The position numbers and the translations under genes were made by a program. The notes under the pieces are model-generated. The model had not been told where the DNA came from, searched no databases, and saw nothing but the letters and a program-made list of their open reading frames with translations. Shown here piece by piece: positions 10,490 to 19,823 of a stretch of 64,000 bases of DNA. Numbering within the stretch: position 1 is the stretch's first letter; each line of letters starts with the position of its first letter. Source of the DNA: an uncultured delta proteobacterium (GTDB taxonomy: Bacteria > Desulfobacterota > Desulfomonilia > Desulfomonilales > Desulfomonilaceae); NCBI GenBank assembly GCA_963789265.1, contig CAWBKB010000001.1:416001-480000 (forward strand), given 5' to 3'.

Positions 10490-11067
10490 TTACTACTGTC
10501 AGATATAGTGCTCACCCTGGTCTGTTTAAACAAGAACTTGCCCTATGCTTTGCGGAGATACTTGGCAAAACCCTCTTGACCGATCAGCAAGGTTGGGCCA
10601 CGAGCATTCAGCGGATCTTGAGACACAAGAACGTCTCAACCACGGAGCGGGGCATTAAAAGAAATTAACCACGATACAGTATGATGGCCCATTCGGCATT
10701 GTGTAATTGCCGGTCGTCGAAGCTGCCCCTGAAGCCTTTTGAAGCGGCTCTCAAAAAGCGACAGAAAAAGCGGGGGAAAGGCAAAAAGGGTGGTGATAAG
10801 CCTGCTATGTTGATCCCATAAGAGCTACTCTTTTCTCTGTATTGGCCTGTAAATTGGATCCTCAAGGTGAAAAGCTGGTTTACAACCACACGATGAAGGC
10901 GACGACTACTGAGATCGCCAAAGGCAGGGCTCTACTCCTTTGGTAAGCTGTTGAAGAAAACAAATCCGCCTCCGAATATTACCTGTATGCCCAATCTAAC
11001 TGCGTCTTCAGTTTTTCATATCCCGTGACTGATCAAGGGAATGATATGGCATGGCTAGCTGCATCAC

Positions 11068-11785
11068 TCAGGCAACCATCGTGACCTTGCCGTCGCGTAG
11101 GCGGTAGACTGCACCTACGACCTTCACCTTGTCTTCGTTGACTCGCCCTGCCAATATCGGATCAAACCCTTTTAGCCGCTCAACCCCGATAGCAACATTG
11201 GCGCGGATCGCCCGCCGCGGCCTTGCTCTTGGCGACCGCCGGCTTGATGAGTCCCACCAGATCGTCGATCGCTCCAGGCAGCGCATCCTTGGCGTGAATA
11301 TGCTTTATGGCCGCCTTGACCGCACCGCAGTCACTGTGGCCAAGAACCATGATCAGCGGCACATTGAGTTCTGCGACAGCGTATTCGATGCTCCCTTTGA
11401 CAACAGGGCCCGCTCCGCCAACCACATTGCCGGCAACTCGCACCACGAAGAGATCGCCTAGCCCGACGTCGAAGAGGATCTCGGGTGCTACCCGAGAGTC
11501 CGCGCAGCCGACGATAACGGCAATGGGGAACTGCCCCTCCGTGAGCGTAGAAAAGTCCTTGGGCCTGCGCCGGGGATTCGAAGGCCGTCCTTTCACAAAG
11601 CGTTCATTGCCCGCAAGCAGCGCACGCAGCGCCTCGTCGGCGCCCATTGGTGGCAGAGCCTTGGGTGCCGCCCTTTTTTGCTCAGCTGCGACAAGCGCAC
11701 CGGAACTGGAAAGGCTCAGGCCCACGGTGGTGACGGCGACTGTCGCTAGTTTCACGAACTCACGGCGTGAAAACTTCCCGTTCAT
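11068..11785 (-). pseudogene. Tat-exported beta-class carbonic anhydrase with frameshifting deletion near 11207
   Basis: SRREFVK Tat signal; CADSRV, HSDCGAV; C-terminus (RANVAIGVERLK...VVGAVYRL) in another frame, with a few residues apparently missing. Confidence 0.8.
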
Positions 11786-12335
11786 GTTCTCGCGTCTCAT
11801 GCTCTTCTTCCTCCTCGTGTCTCGTAGTCTTTTTACCGGTCGCTCCTTCATGCTGCTGTGCGAGTGAACAAGTAACCCGGAATTATGCTGCGGTCTTGCC
11901 GTTTGGGGGTCTTCGGGACAACAACGGTGCGAGGGATTTTGCGTGGGAATCCGAAAAGTCTCGGTGTCTCATCCCACAAGACTCGACAAAGACAAAGCCG
12001 TCCTCACGTTGCCGAAAAAGACTCTTTTGCCCTGTTTCTGAGCGTACCTCACCCCAGGTGACTACGTCAAACATTCTTCACATCCATGCCCGTCACCCGA
12101 ACACAGCGCGGTAAAGAGCTGCCAAGGGAACGCCGATGCAACATGAACATATCATCCCTGACTTTGACGCGACGCCGTCGCTTTGACCTTGATCGGACGC
12201 TATGGTCTATGAAACCGGCCTCATGGCCATCAGGTCAACCACACGGCAGGGAGGCTAAATCGAAGTGGAAGAAAAAACGGGGGAAAAGTCTCGAGGAAAA
12301 TGGGCGGTGACAACCGGGAAACTGGCTCTGGAAGC

Positions 12336-12383
12336 TGGCAGTCCCAAGGGGTTTCGAACCCCTGTCTCCGCCGTGAGAGGGCG
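12336..12383 (-). repeat. Exact copy of the 3' 48 nt of tRNA-Glu (att-like)
   Basis: Identical to 15903-15950. Confidence 0.95.
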
Positions 12384-12638
12384 ACGAACAAGTCAATAAT
12401 TTCAAGATCTTTCCCAATAACCCCAACAATTTCAGTCCCTGACAATCCCCCCCGGTCTCTGGCAATCCCTGCCAGTTTCTCCTGGTGAGAGCAAAATGTG
12501 AGCATTCTCCAGAGGTCTCTTACCCGTTTTTGCCTTGCCCCCCCCACAATTCCATTCGACATCTCCTGTTAGACCATCACCCTCCCCGGAGTAACTGCCA
12601 TGTGAGTCCAACAACTGACATTCTGCGACAATATTAAT

Positions 12639-13400
12639 TCAAAATCTGCACGAGATCTTGGGGGACAGATCACGCCCAGGACGTCTCTTCCAAGGAATCC
12701 ACATGGGAACCTTGCTTTGGTAGTCGCTATACTTCTCGCCAAAGTCCGCCAGAAGGTCCGCTTCTTCAAAAGCGGCTCCTACACAGATCCACACGGTCCA
12801 GAGGACGTTAAAAAGCAGTCGATCCGCTGTCAGATCCGGGCACGACCACAGCATCAGGATCACCAGCAAATAAAGAGGATGGCGAACCCACAGGTATGGC
12901 CCGCACGCAACGAACTCTTGAGATCGAATTCGCTTGCCGCTCAACTCAGCTCTGATGGGATCAAGACCAAATGTGTCGAATGCCCGTAGCGAAAATATAG
13001 TCCAGAAACATCCTGCGAACGTGATAAACGAGAAGCCTCTCACAAACCAACGAGCAGCACCCTGAAGCTCATACAGCGAGATGGCAGACCCTTGCCAAAA
13101 CACTATCAGTCCTGTCAACACCAAACCCGATACAATCGTGTAAAGAGCTCCGTGGTAGAGCGGCGGGATGAAGTTGGACAAGCGGTTGCGGAAGCCCCTG
13201 CGTACCATGCCGCTATGCTGTGCAAAAAAGATGACCGACAGCAAGCCGTCCCAAACGAGCGCCTTCCCTTGTGTCAGTTCCATTTGAACAAGGAGGAGTG
13301 GCCCACGATACAGGAAAAGTATGAATATTAGTAAAGACCCTTGTCCAACGATGCTTGCCGATACTAGGAGCAATCTTAAGATTATCTGTGCCTTCAGCAA
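12639..13400 (-). CDS. Isoprenylcysteine carboxylmethyltransferase-family membrane protein (MddA/NnrU-like)
   Basis: FFAQHSGM, GPYLWVRHPLY, FEEADL...FGEKYSDYQSKVP. Confidence 0.82.
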   Translation of the reverse strand: MLKAQIILRLLLVSASIVGQGSLLIFILFLYRGPLLLVQMELTQGKALVWDGLLSVIFFAQHSGMVRRGFRNRLSNFIPPLYHGALYTIVSGLVLTGLIVFWQGSAISLYELQGAARWFVRGFSFITFAGCFWTIFSLRAFDTFGLDPIRAELSGKRIRSQEFVACGPYLWVRHPLYLLVILMLWSCPDLTADRLLFNVLWTVWICVGAAFEEADLLADFGEKYSDYQSKVPMWIPWKRRPGRDLSPKISCRF

Positions 13401-13837
13401 GATGACTTCTCCTTGCGAAATACCTGATGGCCCCTTTTACTAGAGACGCTATACGTTGATGCTTTCCGATTCGTCAAGTGCTTGACCACCACGAACAAAT
13501 GCTCTGTAGAATGGCGGCCGGATAGCAGACAGCTGTCTCTAAGAAGCCATTATGCCGAGGGAGACGCAGATCGCCCCCAAGAATCTGGCGGGGGGGGCAA
13601 GAAAATTGGTTATATTCCGATGATAACCCTCTACTCTCGGCCTTTAGACCGACATATAAATGTGGCATGGAGCTTTCCGAACGCCCTTTGACAGGGGAGG
13701 AGACGGGATGTTGAATATTAACCTTATGACCAATGCTCGAGTGTGGCAAACGGCAATGGGCAACAAGAATATGAATCCCTCTGGGGATTATTTTGATCTT
13801 AATGAAAAAGAAAAAGGGGTCAGAAAAGGGGTCATGA

Positions 13838-13931
13838 AAAAGGGGTCAAGTCTCTTCTTGACTCATATTGTGCGAGTCGCTCGCTGTGAGGCTGTTCGAA
13901 AGTGAGTCAAGAGTAGATCTGACCCCTTCCC
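13838..13931. repeat. 94-bp palindromic element, copy 1
   Basis: AAGGGGTCAAGTCTCTTCTTGACTCA...TGAGTCAAGAGTAGATCTGACCCCTT; 2 mismatches to 15506-15599. Confidence 0.9.
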
Positions 13932-13954
13932 TGGTCGGATTTCACGAATCGGGC

Positions 13955-14386
13955 ATGGCCAAACATTTGTGGAAGGCCATAAGAATACTAGATAGTGAAT
14001 TGGCGAAAACTGCCGAAACAATGAATCCGGAGTCACTCGTAGATGCTTCTGTCAAGACAGAAGACTTGATAGAAAAATGTCTCAGTGAGGCTCGTAGCGC
14101 TACATTCGCCTTTCGTCGCAAGCAAATCAATGAATATACTTCTCTAGCCCTAAGAATGGCGTCCATTGCATCACTCAGTCTAGCATTTTACAAAGCAGGT
14201 TTGTCGTTGCCGGCCAGCCTCCTTTCTGGCATGACCGCAACTAATTTTCTTGCCAATAACAGGCCCACCGAATCTCGGGTACGTGGGATCGAGAATAGGA
14301 TCACGGATTGGATCCAGTCTAACAAATTTAGATCCTTGTCAACACATCTGTGGTGGATTGAAAAATGGAAGAAAACTGGTCACTAA
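13955..14386 (+). CDS. Hypothetical protein, possibly a C-terminal fragment
   Basis: AT-rich ORF open back into the 94-bp repeat; no clear RBS. Confidence 0.45.
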   Translation: MAKHLWKAIRILDSELAKTAETMNPESLVDASVKTEDLIEKCLSEARSATFAFRRKQINEYTSLALRMASIASLSLAFYKAGLSLPASLLSGMTATNFLANNRPTESRVRGIENRITDWIQSNKFRSLSTHLWWIEKWKKTGH

Positions 14387-14736
14387 AATTCGAAATCAAT
14401 AAGTTGATAGAGTGAACAATAGTCACTGAAACGGACGTAATAGACTGTGAGGCAATCAGTGCGCATAAAACGTTTGTCGAAACAGGTAAACAGAAAGGCT
14501 GTGGACAAAGTTGTCCAGGACTCTGTCCACAGAAAATCCGCACCAAAACTGGACCAGACAACTTGGACACCATTTTAGGAAGTGACCAGGAGAAAAAAAT
14601 TATCCACACCAAAAAGCATTATCGGATGTGTAACGCCTTGTAACTTTCTTGAAGCATTCTGCCGGCCAACTAGGGTGTCCACTCTGTCTGCATTGACCGC
14701 AAAGCATCAGAATTCCTTCTAATAAAACTTACCTTT

Positions 14737-15447
14737 CTATTTTAGCGGGTTCAAAAATGTTGTCCTCAATTCTTCGGAAAAAATACCAGCTAAGTAGACC
14801 GAAATCATAGTTTCTTCTGCTTTTTTATTGTGATGTATCAGAAGCACTAATCCGATAATTAAGAAAACGATAAGAGCAAACCAAATTGTGATTGTGAGTT
14901 CCCGGTACGGATAATCCTGCCAAGATTCCCCCGTAATTACACATCCTAATATGAACCCTAATATTATGGCTATTATCCAGTTTTCGCCAACATACATATA
15001 GCGCCGTCTAGTCCTTCCCCATTCTCTTAAAGCCTGCCCAGGATCAGAATATTGAATCCATACAAAAAAAGGATCGAAGCGTCTCTTCTTCTGAGATTCT
15101 AATAGACTATCTTTTATTGCCTGAGGTGTATGGCCCAGTCTCAGCCTTATTTCCTTTGTTACGGTTTTCCGCATTTCGTCTTTGCCATGAAAATACTGAA
15201 AGACTATTATAGATATTACTCGAATAATCTGGCCTACAGAACTCAGTCCTACTCCTATGGCAGCGAGCCGGAGCATTGTTGCCGTGGGATCACAGCCAAG
15301 AATAATGATCGCATACCCATACTCAGCATATTCGATAGAGAGCTTTGAATTTAGAACGAACATGGTGCCTGCCGCAATCAACGCGAAGACAATTCCGCTT
15401 ACTGTGCTGTCGAATATGATATGTTTATCGTCCAACATTGCCCCCAC
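14737..15447 (-). CDS. Hypothetical low-GC membrane protein (~4 TM)
   Basis: 236-aa ORF with two pairs of hydrophobic helices; AT-rich. Confidence 0.65.
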   Translation of the reverse strand: MGAMLDDKHIIFDSTVSGIVFALIAAGTMFVLNSKLSIEYAEYGYAIIILGCDPTATMLRLAAIGVGLSSVGQIIRVISIIVFQYFHGKDEMRKTVTKEIRLRLGHTPQAIKDSLLESQKKRRFDPFFVWIQYSDPGQALREWGRTRRRYMYVGENWIIAIILGFILGCVITGESWQDYPYRELTITIWFALIVFLIIGLVLLIHHNKKAEETMISVYLAGIFSEELRTTFLNPLK

Positions 15448-15505
15448 TTATTGAAGTGACGGTTCGCCATCTACTGGCGCCCAGCATGGTAAACCCAAAG
15501 AAAAG

Positions 15506-15599
15506 AAAAGGGGTCAAGTCTCTTCTTGACTCATATTGAGCGAGTCGCTCGCTGTGAGGCTGTTCGAAAGTGAGTCAAGAGTAGATCTGCCCCCTTCCC
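15506..15599. repeat. 94-bp palindromic element, copy 2
   Basis: Direct repeat of 13838-13931. Confidence 0.9.
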
Positions 15600-15902
15600 A
15601 CTAACTATTTTCATCATGGAAACTCCTTCCCTCCCGTGCGGACCGCGTTTACAACTTCCCGGGGCCTTTGACCGCCACTTGAGATGTGTCGGCCCTTCAT
15701 TATTGGCTTCCAATAGCCTGCGCGTGACAAATGTGTCACGAAGGAATCGGAGGTTGTCCGCTGCTTTCCCACCCCACTGCCGTCCCAATCAATATTTGCA
15801 TAAAAATCTTTATGGTTGACAGGGTTTTGCCTCCAAGAAATTTCCCGCTAGTCAGAATATTGTATCGGTCCTACCCCCACTGTGTGACAAGGAAATAACT
15901 CT

Positions 15903-15978
15903 TGGCAGTCCCAAGGGGTTTCGAACCCCTGTCTCCGCCGTGAGAGGGCGGTGTCCTAGGCCTCTAGACGATGGGACC
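15903..15978 (-). tRNA. tRNA-Glu (anticodon CUC)
   Basis: GGTCCCATCGTCTAGAGGCCTAGGACACCGCCCTCTCACGGCGGAGACAGGGGTTCGAAACCCCTTGGGACTGCCA: cloverleaf, GTTCGA T-loop, CCA end. Confidence 0.97.
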
Positions 15979-15988
15979 TCACGATTAT

Positions 15989-16017
15989 TGCATACCAAGC
16001 GTACGCCCTGTTGTCAA
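15989..16017 (-). promoter_or_regulatory. Sigma70 promoter of tRNA-Glu
   Basis: TTGACA-17 bp-TATGCA on the minus strand, 10 nt upstream of the tRNA. Confidence 0.6.
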
Positions 16018-16170
16018 GCATATCTCCCGATTTCGCGCACCTGAGCGTCCTTCAGCCCACACGTTTCTCGGTCGTTGCAACTTTTTTTGCAGGGCTGCAT
16101 CCAAGAAAAGCAGACAGTAGTGTCGGGCCATGCGCATCAATTGCTGACTCGACCTGGGGTGGAGCTAATA

Positions 16171-16404
16171 ATGAATGACAAGACGAGGAGTTTTCTTGCC
16201 GATTTACGCAGGGGAATGAGTTCGGGGGAATTGATGAGTAAATACAATCTCTCCCCAAAAAGGCTGGAACAGATCCTGAGCAGGCTCAGACAGTCCGACC
16301 TGGCCGCGCTGAGGCAGCTCTGGGAACGAGATAAACTTACGGATACTCAATTTATGAGGGCTTTCTCTGAAGTAGAGACCGACCTGAATAGCGATGATTC
16401 GTAA
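16171..16404 (+). CDS. Small hypothetical HTH-like protein
   Basis: GGAG RBS; FLADLRRGMSSGELMSKYNLSPKRL resembles a domain I recall as expanded in Desulfomonile. Confidence 0.65.
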   Translation: MNDKTRSFLADLRRGMSSGELMSKYNLSPKRLEQILSRLRQSDLAALRQLWERDKLTDTQFMRAFSEVETDLNSDDS

Positions 16405-16482
16405 CATGCGCCGATCACACATCTTGCATAGCGCATATTCGGCGGTGAATGGTAATCACAACTGCTCGGCAGGAAATTAAGA

Positions 16483-16568
16483 TTCACCGCAGAGGGCGCC
16501 GAGATCGCAGAGACAAATGATGCAGACAAAAAAGAACTCTCCGCGGTCTCTGCGTGCTCTGCGGTAAA
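16483..16568. repeat. ACCGCAGAG...CTCTGCGGT palindromic repeat family (related copies near 40620-40785, 45840-45892, 59125-59153, 62657-62732)
   Basis: TTCACCGCAGAG...CTCTGCGGTAAA inverted ends recur in several intergenic regions. Confidence 0.7.
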
Positions 16569-16581
16569 TTGTTTTTTGTAA

Positions 16582-17232
16582 TCAATCAACTTTTACATTC
16601 CACACGTACTTTACCCATTGCGTTCCGTAACGGCCCTCGGCCACGAGGCGCAGCGGGAAACCATGTTTCACCGGAAGTTTCACGCCATTCACCTGATAGG
16701 CGAGAAACATCTTGTCAGACCGTGCTTCATTCAGCCGGAACCTCTCCACCTTTTCATAATTGCCTTGAGGTCCCTTTATTGTGACATAAGCTGCGTCATC
16801 TTTTACACCGGCCCTTTTTAGAAGCTCACGTATGTAAATCCCATTCCATGTTCCGTTGTTTGCAAATATGCCAGGGCACACCAAAAGAACCGTCTTTTCA
16901 ATTGAAGGCAGGTCCAGAATCTCCGAATACTTGAAGCTGAGAGGGTTTTCGACCTTGCCGTCCACGACCAGCCGCCACTTGTCCAGGTCCGCCTTGTAGT
17001 CCTCGAGGCCCATTGTTCTAAAGTCCGTGAGCGGCGTGACTTCGAGGTTGCTCGTATCCAGATCGGCAGGGTTTTTGTCAACAAGCTGTTCCCTTCTCGT
17101 CCCGCGAGGAACCACCGTTTTCTTGGCAATCGCCCAAATTCTGTGGACACCCAGGAAAGATGCCCCCAGAAATAGGGACAATAAAGACAAACTCTTGAGA
17201 GCAAAGGCTACGAAGGTTCTTCTTGTAAGCAT
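16582..17232 (-). CDS. Tat-exported molybdopterin-dependent oxidoreductase (sulfite oxidase/MsrP-like)
   Basis: TRRTFV signal; WRLVVDGKV, LVCPG, HGFPLRLV...WVKYV. Confidence 0.88.
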   Translation of the reverse strand: MLTRRTFVAFALKSLSLLSLFLGASFLGVHRIWAIAKKTVVPRGTRREQLVDKNPADLDTSNLEVTPLTDFRTMGLEDYKADLDKWRLVVDGKVENPLSFKYSEILDLPSIEKTVLLVCPGIFANNGTWNGIYIRELLKRAGVKDDAAYVTIKGPQGNYEKVERFRLNEARSDKMFLAYQVNGVKLPVKHGFPLRLVAEGRYGTQWVKYVWNVKVD

Positions 17233-17245
17233 CTTTGTTCCCCTC

Positions 17246-19538
17246 CTATCGGCTCCAGCCCAGCCAATATCCGAAAAGCTTTTTCACAAACGGGGTAAGA
17301 CGTGTCCGGCTGTAGGCGTCCGCTACGTGTTTGATGGCCTCGGCCTGGGTCGGATAGGGATGGATCACGCCCGAGACTGTTTTCAGACCCAGCTTCCCAA
17401 CCATAGCCAGGGTTATTTCGCTGATCATCTCTCCGGCGTGGGAGGCAACAATGGTTGCACCCAGGATTTTATCAGTCCCTTTCTCGGTGTGTATCTTTAC
17501 GAATCCTTCTTCTTCTCCATCGGCTATGGCTCGGTCCACATGGCTGAATGCGCGAAAATAGGTGTCTAAGGCTATCCCTTTCTTCTCGGCTTCCTTCTCG
17601 TAAATGCCGACGTGAGCAATCTCCGGGTCCGTGTACGTGCACCACGGAACTATCAGGCCGCTCAACTTCTTGGACCCCCTGAAAAGACTATTCTGAATGA
17701 CGATACGGGCCGCGGCGTCGGCCGCATGAGTAAACTTGAAGTTCATGCAGATATCTCCCGCGGCATAGATATGCGGATTCGTAGTCTGCAACCGATCGTT
17801 TACCACGACCCCTCGGCTTTCGCATCGGACTCCCGCGGCCTCCAGATTCAGGTTTTCAACGTTGGGCACACGCCCGGCACCAACAAGTATCTCATCTACA
17901 GCAATGGAACCGACCTGGGACTTGACCTCGTAGTGCAGGACCTTTTCACCGTTCTGAAGCTTCACTTCTTTGAGGTCGGAATCCAAGATCAGGTCAATGC
18001 CCTCATCTATGAACTTCCTTTGCACTATTTCTGCTGCATCTGCGTCTTCCCGGTCGAGTATATGTGGATTCTTGTGGAACAACACTACCTTACAGCCCAG
18101 ACGGCGGAAGGCTTGAGCCATTTCGCACCCAATAGGGCCGCCGCCGATTATTGCAAGGCGCCGCGGACGCTCCGTAAGCGAGAATATCGTCTCGTTGGTA
18201 AGGAATCCGGCTTCGGCCAAACCCGGGATGGACGGGTGCAATGCCCTGGCGCCGGTGGCAATGACAGCTTTACTGAAGTGAAGCGTCTTGCCGGCCACAA
18301 CAACGGAATTCGGACCGGCAAAGCGGGCGTGCCCGAGAAACACATCGACGCCCAGCTCCTTGAAGCGCTTGGCAGAATCATTGTAGCTGATGCGGGCCCT
18401 CAGGCGTCGCATTCGTTCCATAACTGTGGAAAAATCGGCTACCGAACCGGGCGGAACCCTGATGCCGAACCCATCTGCCATAAGAATCTCCCCGTAGACT
18501 CTTGACGAGCCTATCAGGCACTTCGAGGGCACGCACCCGACGTTTAAACAGTCGCCGCCGAGCAGGAATCGCTCCACGAGCGCAACCTTCGCACCCAAAC
18601 CGGCAGCACCCGCGGCCGTGACCGAGACCCGCGGTTCCTGCACCTATCACGACGAGGTTGTACCGTTCCGCGGGTTCGGGATTTGTCCAATCGGCAGGAT
18701 GAACGTTGGAGATGAGTTCTCTGTTATGTTCGTCATCGGGCGGCACTTGCACCGCGGCGCTCTCTACCGGGTCGGGTTCCTCCGTAAGATTCGATCCGGC
18801 GTTTCTCGATGTTTCCGCGACTTTGAGGCTCTTCCGGGCCAAACGAGTCACGAAGCCCGCAACGAGTATCGTAGCGGCCAAACCAATCCAAAAGAAGACT
18901 TGCCCAGCCACCCCGCTTTGGACCTTTCCCGCGGCCACATCGGCAATTGACCGCGCGGCCGATCCGAAATACACGTACATGAGGCCGCCCGGCAACATGC
19001 CGATCATGGAAGCCAAGGCGTAACTTTTAAAAGAGACCTTGGTCAGTCCGAGAGAATAGTTGAGAAGATTGAACGGGAATATGGGGCTCAGCCGCAGCAG
19101 AAGAACGATCTTGAACCCCTCTCTACCGACGGCCTCGTCAATCGCGCTAAATTTGGGATTGCCGGAGACTTTGCGCGCCACCCATTCACGTGCAAAGGTG
19201 CGACCGACCAGGAAAGCGGCACAGGCCCCCAGAACTGCGCCGGTCCAGGCAGTTGCAAGCCCCAGCGAAACTCCGAAAAGAAAACCGGCCCCCAAAGTTA
19301 GCACCGAGCCCGGCAGGAAAAACACGCAGGCCAACACATAAAATGCTGTGACGAATATAGGCCCCCACACGCCCAAGCTTTGCGTCCACTCCAACACCGC
19401 AATCATGTACTGCCTGACAGGCAACAGCCACAATGCTGCAATCAGGCAGCATAGAATTACTGCCAATGCGACTAGCCTGATGCCCCTCGTCACATTACGA
19501 GTCGGCGATTTTGCCCGCAGTTCGGCTGAATTGTTCAT
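17246..19538 (-). CDS. TVP38/VTT (DedA-like) membrane domain fused to a mercuric-reductase-like flavin disulfide reductase (apparent frameshift near 18622)
   Basis: LRLSPIFPFN; VIGAGTAGL|VTAAGAAG; GGDCLNVGCVPSK; HPYPT; no MerA C-terminal CC. Confidence 0.88.
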
Positions 19539-19823
19539 ACTGCCTCCTTGAGATAACCCTGTTAGTACTAATTTGCATCATCAAGAACAATTGGAGAGGC
19601 CGTCCCAAATTTACCGCGATGAATCATCACATTCCAAGTTTACAGCTTCTGTGTGCACATTCATAGAGATGGAGCCGCCGGTCACGCGTGAAAAAATCCT
19701 TTTCAAAAAAATCTGCGACGGGGTATTTTAGAGGGTCTTAGGGCAGGGGGCCTGCCCATTTGCCCCATCTATTGTCAACGTGTTTCCTACTGGGCGTATG
19801 TTCCTGAGAAAGGCAAGGCACGC

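Noticed and set aside
4254..12383. Three additional tRNA-Glu genes
   Set aside because: Each copy lacks the 5' acceptor strand and D-arm; they are att-like fragments
12430..12620. Possible integrase C-terminal remnant next to the att copy
   Set aside because: Only a vague resemblance (DSHGSYSGEG); no catalytic R-H-R-Y motifs can be supported
14500..14608. Chromosomal oriC
   Set aside because: Only one perfect DnaA box, inside an accessory segment, with no dnaA/dnaN/gidA context
17246..18643. True mercuric reductase merA
   Set aside because: No C-terminal Cys-Cys, no NmerA domain and no mer operon genes; fused to a VTT domain
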